From: Nitrosopumilus sp.
GTDB lineage: Archaea > Thermoproteota > Nitrososphaeria > Nitrososphaerales > Nitrosopumilaceae
Direction of reading: 5' to 3'
Length of the DNA stretch: 64,000 nt
Assembly: GCA_965203315.1 (NCBI GenBank)
Contig: OZ241857.1
Span: 1,152,001 to 1,216,000 of the forward strand
This document shows positions 61,404 to 64,000 of the stretch, one piece after another. The notes under the pieces were generated by a model. That model saw nothing but the letters and a program-made list of their open reading frames with translations, ran no database searches and was not told where the DNA came from. Position 1 is the stretch's first letter. Each line of letters opens with the position of its first letter. The position numbers and the translations under genes were made by a program.

Positions 61404-61639
61404 TGATACGATTTCCTAAAAAGAGTGACAAGGTCTCAACTGAGACACTCGTAAATACCATATGGGTGAGTGCCTTTATGGGAATGATCTTTACAATACC
61501 ACCACTTGGAGTATTTCTTGGGTTATACTTTGGGACGGGAGAGTTACTAGTTGCCGTAATATTGGGATTTGGACTACATTTTATCATACTAGCCTTCTCG
61601 GATAGGATCTCGAAGACTTTAACTGAGATTATGCATTAG
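61403..61639 (+). CDS. Small 2-TM membrane protein
   Basis: TAATG coupling to atpC; hydrophobic hairpin. Confidence 0.7.
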   Translation: MIRFPKKSDKVSTETLVNTIWVSAFMGMIFTIPPLGVFLGLYFGTGELLVAVILGFGLHFIILAFSDRISKTLTEIMH

Positions 61640-61654
61640 GGAGATAGATGTACA

Positions 61655-62308
61655 ATGATGGGCGATCGAGATTTTAGAAGTATAATCAAGAATGCGTTAG
61701 GGACGATTGGACGCGAACTCGAGTTAGAGATTGATCCAACAGATACAAATACGATCTATCTTGGTGAAGTTATCCGCTGCCTCAGGAGATCATACTATGA
61801 TAGAGTAGATCCTAGAGAGATCGAGAGACATGGATTTAACGAGCTGTTGACAGGACTGTTGCGAAAGTTAGAGTATGGTAGTGAGCCAAAAGAGTTTGTA
61901 ATAGACGACATAAAGTTGAGGGGTCATGCAGACATGATTGCAGATGACTCTATTCTGTTATTTAGACCAACAGTCACGGGAGAAATGGAGAGTCCTAATG
62001 GATCTGACATGTTGTATCTAAATGCGTGTTTATGGATATATGACAAGACGGATGGCGTTATAGTATACATTACTGGAGATCGACAAGAGACGACCTTTTC
62101 ATTAACTCGCAACAAAAAGATGTTCGAAGAGGTTATTAGGCGGGTCCGAGTCTTGAGTAATCTTTTAGGAGAAGGAAAGACGCCGATCCTAGAACCGTCT
62201 ACTGACTGCTCAGACTGCCAGTACTATGATCGTTGTTATGTCAAAAAGACTCATACAAAGCAGGTAACTCTGGCTGAAATGTTTGGACTCGGAAAGAAAG
62301 ACGACTAG
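61655..62308 (+). CDS. Solo Cas4-like PD-(D/E)XK/Fe-S protein
   Basis: CLRRSYY, LRGHAD, C-terminal CSDC..YYDRC; no CRISPR array or cas1/cas2 in the window. Confidence 0.72.
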   Translation: MMGDRDFRSIIKNALGTIGRELELEIDPTDTNTIYLGEVIRCLRRSYYDRVDPREIERHGFNELLTGLLRKLEYGSEPKEFVIDDIKLRGHADMIADDSILLFRPTVTGEMESPNGSDMLYLNACLWIYDKTDGVIVYITGDRQETTFSLTRNKKMFEEVIRRVRVLSNLLGEGKTPILEPSTDCSDCQYYDRCYVKKTHTKQVTLAEMFGLGKKDD

Positions 62309-62462
62309 ATATGTAATGAGCTCTATCCGACTGTAAGCGCGAAACTAGATCTGATATTTGAGCGCGATGTTTCTGTACAAATCCATACTGGATCAAGATG
62401 AAACAAGTATGATGAAAAACAGTTACAGATTTTGCTGTCTAAATATCAAAAAAGGTATGATA

Positions 62463-64000
62463 TTAGGTCTCACGCACAACTCTTAGCATTTCTTCGTATG
62501 GATTGAGTCCTTGTTGCTTCCATGTAGTTATACATGTAAAGATTGAACTCAATCGTTGTCTGCCTTTCTCAGATACGACATGTTGACACGTCTTGCGGAA
62601 TAGCACGAGTCTTCTCAGAGCACGTTCTGCCCGATTGTTTGTCGGCTCCATGCCCGGATGTGTCACGAATGTGTACAGTTCATGTGCAGCATTCTCTAGA
62701 TGAGTACCAAATTTGATATCCATCTTTTTGTATGCAGCTGCAAGCCGCAACGTCTCGCGTATGAGATCGTCTACAGCATATTTGAGATACAGGTCTACGC
62801 AATTGGGATCCTTTGCTTGTAGTCGAGTGGCAATCTCAAATAGTGCATGCAACCTCCGAAACATCATTAATGTACGTACATCACATACTGCACTTTCCGC
62901 GTGTCGCAATACGTGCGCCCAACACCGCTGCCGTATTTTAAACAAAAAATACACCGAATATCCATCACATACGAGTGGTATGTAGACAAATTTTCCAAAA
63001 TTCTCTTTTAGGAATTTCTTTCCACGTGATGGTCCTATCATAAATTGCGTACCATAATCGCCTACCAACACCCAAACCCATCCCAATGCTGCTAAAAGAG
63101 ATAGTGATGTCTCGTCCATGTGTGTATATCTTGACTTTTGGTTGCGTTCTGCAATCTTGTCCGCTTCTTTTTTGAGTCTGTCGCCAACCTCGTTTATTGC
63201 TCCAGTTACCATGTTATGAGAGATACGTGGATCCAAACACTGTAGCGATGTCGTTATTGACTTTATGCTGCTGCCACACTCTCTCATTATGGTCGCCATA
63301 CAGCCTAAATTCACGCCTAGCATTGTATTGTTTAATACATCTGGTATGTTATCTAGCGTGTTACCTGCACTGCCACAACAATTGCAGGCATATTTGTATC
63401 CGTTATGCATTATGACTTTGATATTGCACTCTAAATCCATAGATATTGTGTGTCCAGCGAACACGTTTGTCATATCTTGACTTCCACAATCATCACATTG
63501 TTCTTTTTTATGTGGTACGATCTCGTCTGCAGATATATCGTGTGTGATTCCATCATATCCCTTTGGTCGTCCTACCGGTTTTGGTACGGTTACTAGTTTT
63601 ACTTTTTTTGTACCTGATTTTGGTTTTCGTGATCGTGGAGTATTATGATTATTAGAAATCTCTCCTAGTTTCTCTTTCTCTTTGGCCTGTTCTGTTTGAG
63701 CTTTAATCTTTTCTTGTTTGTCATCTATCTTCTTTTTGGTGTTACGAATCTTGGTCTTGGATAAATTTTCTTCACGTTCAATAATGTTAATCACTTTCTT
63801 AAACGCAGTGATGCATGCAACTATTGCATTAGGTGATACTTGGAGTCCTAGCAGTGCAGTAATCAAAATCTTGTACACCTTTAGCATGTTCTTGCTCTTT
63901 TGTGCTAGTTGTGTTTGAAGAGATTCGACTGCTGCGTCACTCTCTTTCTTGGCATTCTTTAGCTGTGTCATCTCCTTAGCCATTGCTTGTTTCTCTGCCT
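62463..64000 (-). CDS. IS66-family transposase; frame remains open to the window edge
   Basis: GRPKG..G, CxxC zinc ribbon, HMDET, CDGYSVY, QRCWAH, PTNNRAERALR. Confidence 0.92.
   Translation of the reverse strand, partial: AEKQAMAKEMTQLKNAKKESDAAVESLQTQLAQKSKNMLKVYKILITALLGLQVSPNAIVACITAFKKVINIIEREENLSKTKIRNTKKKIDDKQEKIKAQTEQAKEKEKLGEISNNHNTPRSRKPKSGTKKVKLVTVPKPVGRPKGYDGITHDISADEIVPHKKEQCDDCGSQDMTNVFAGHTISMDLECNIKVIMHNGYKYACNCCGSAGNTLDNIPDVLNNTMLGVNLGCMATIMRECGSSIKSITTSLQCLDPRISHNMVTGAINEVGDRLKKEADKIAERNQKSRYTHMDETSLSLLAALGWVWVLVGDYGTQFMIGPSRGKKFLKENFGKFVYIPLVCDGYSVYFLFKIRQRCWAHVLRHAESAVCDVRTLMMFRRLHALFEIATRLQAKDPNCVDLYLKYAVDDLIRETLRLAAAYKKMDIKFGTHLENAAHELYTFVTHPGMEPTNNRAERALRRLVLFRKTCQHVVSEKGRQRLSSIFTCITTWKQQGLNPYEEMLRVVRET

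Noticed and set aside
62333-62430. IS66 terminal inverted repeat (GTAAGCG at 62333)
   Set aside because: The other end is outside the window, so it cannot be paired or confirmed.
1-64000. tRNA or rRNA genes
   Set aside because: No GC-rich cloverleaf or rRNA-like segment was seen in the intergenic regions; not tested computationally.

Overview
Archaeal chromosome segment with the gene content of an ammonia-oxidising Nitrosopumilaceae (Thaumarchaeota) genome. Core genes: class II ribonucleotide reductase, thiolase/DUF35 pair, a copper/zinc cluster of secreted PEFG-CTERM, CFI-box and 'IPxWIK..WW' proteins with CopC/CopD and ZnuABC, pyrB/pyrI, A-type ATP synthase genes, Amt ammonium transporter and a solo Cas4-like gene. 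Accessory DNA: (i) an ~12 kb DISARM-like island (drmA, drmB cleanly split by an IS630, a PKD-containing SF2 helicase; no methyltransferase or DrmC); (ii) IS630, decayed IS481-like and IS66 transposases plus a candidate MITE; (iii) two related islands (~39.2-43.5 kb and ~54.0-56.8 kb) in which small T-rich ORFs converge on secreted cupredoxin-like/coiled-coil genes. The most unusual signal is a non-coding array at ~56.08-56.83 kb: ~80-105 bp units that share a TAGGCA core at a fixed spacing, while each unit is built from a different repeated 8-mer. All calls come from reading the sequence by eye; no searches were run.
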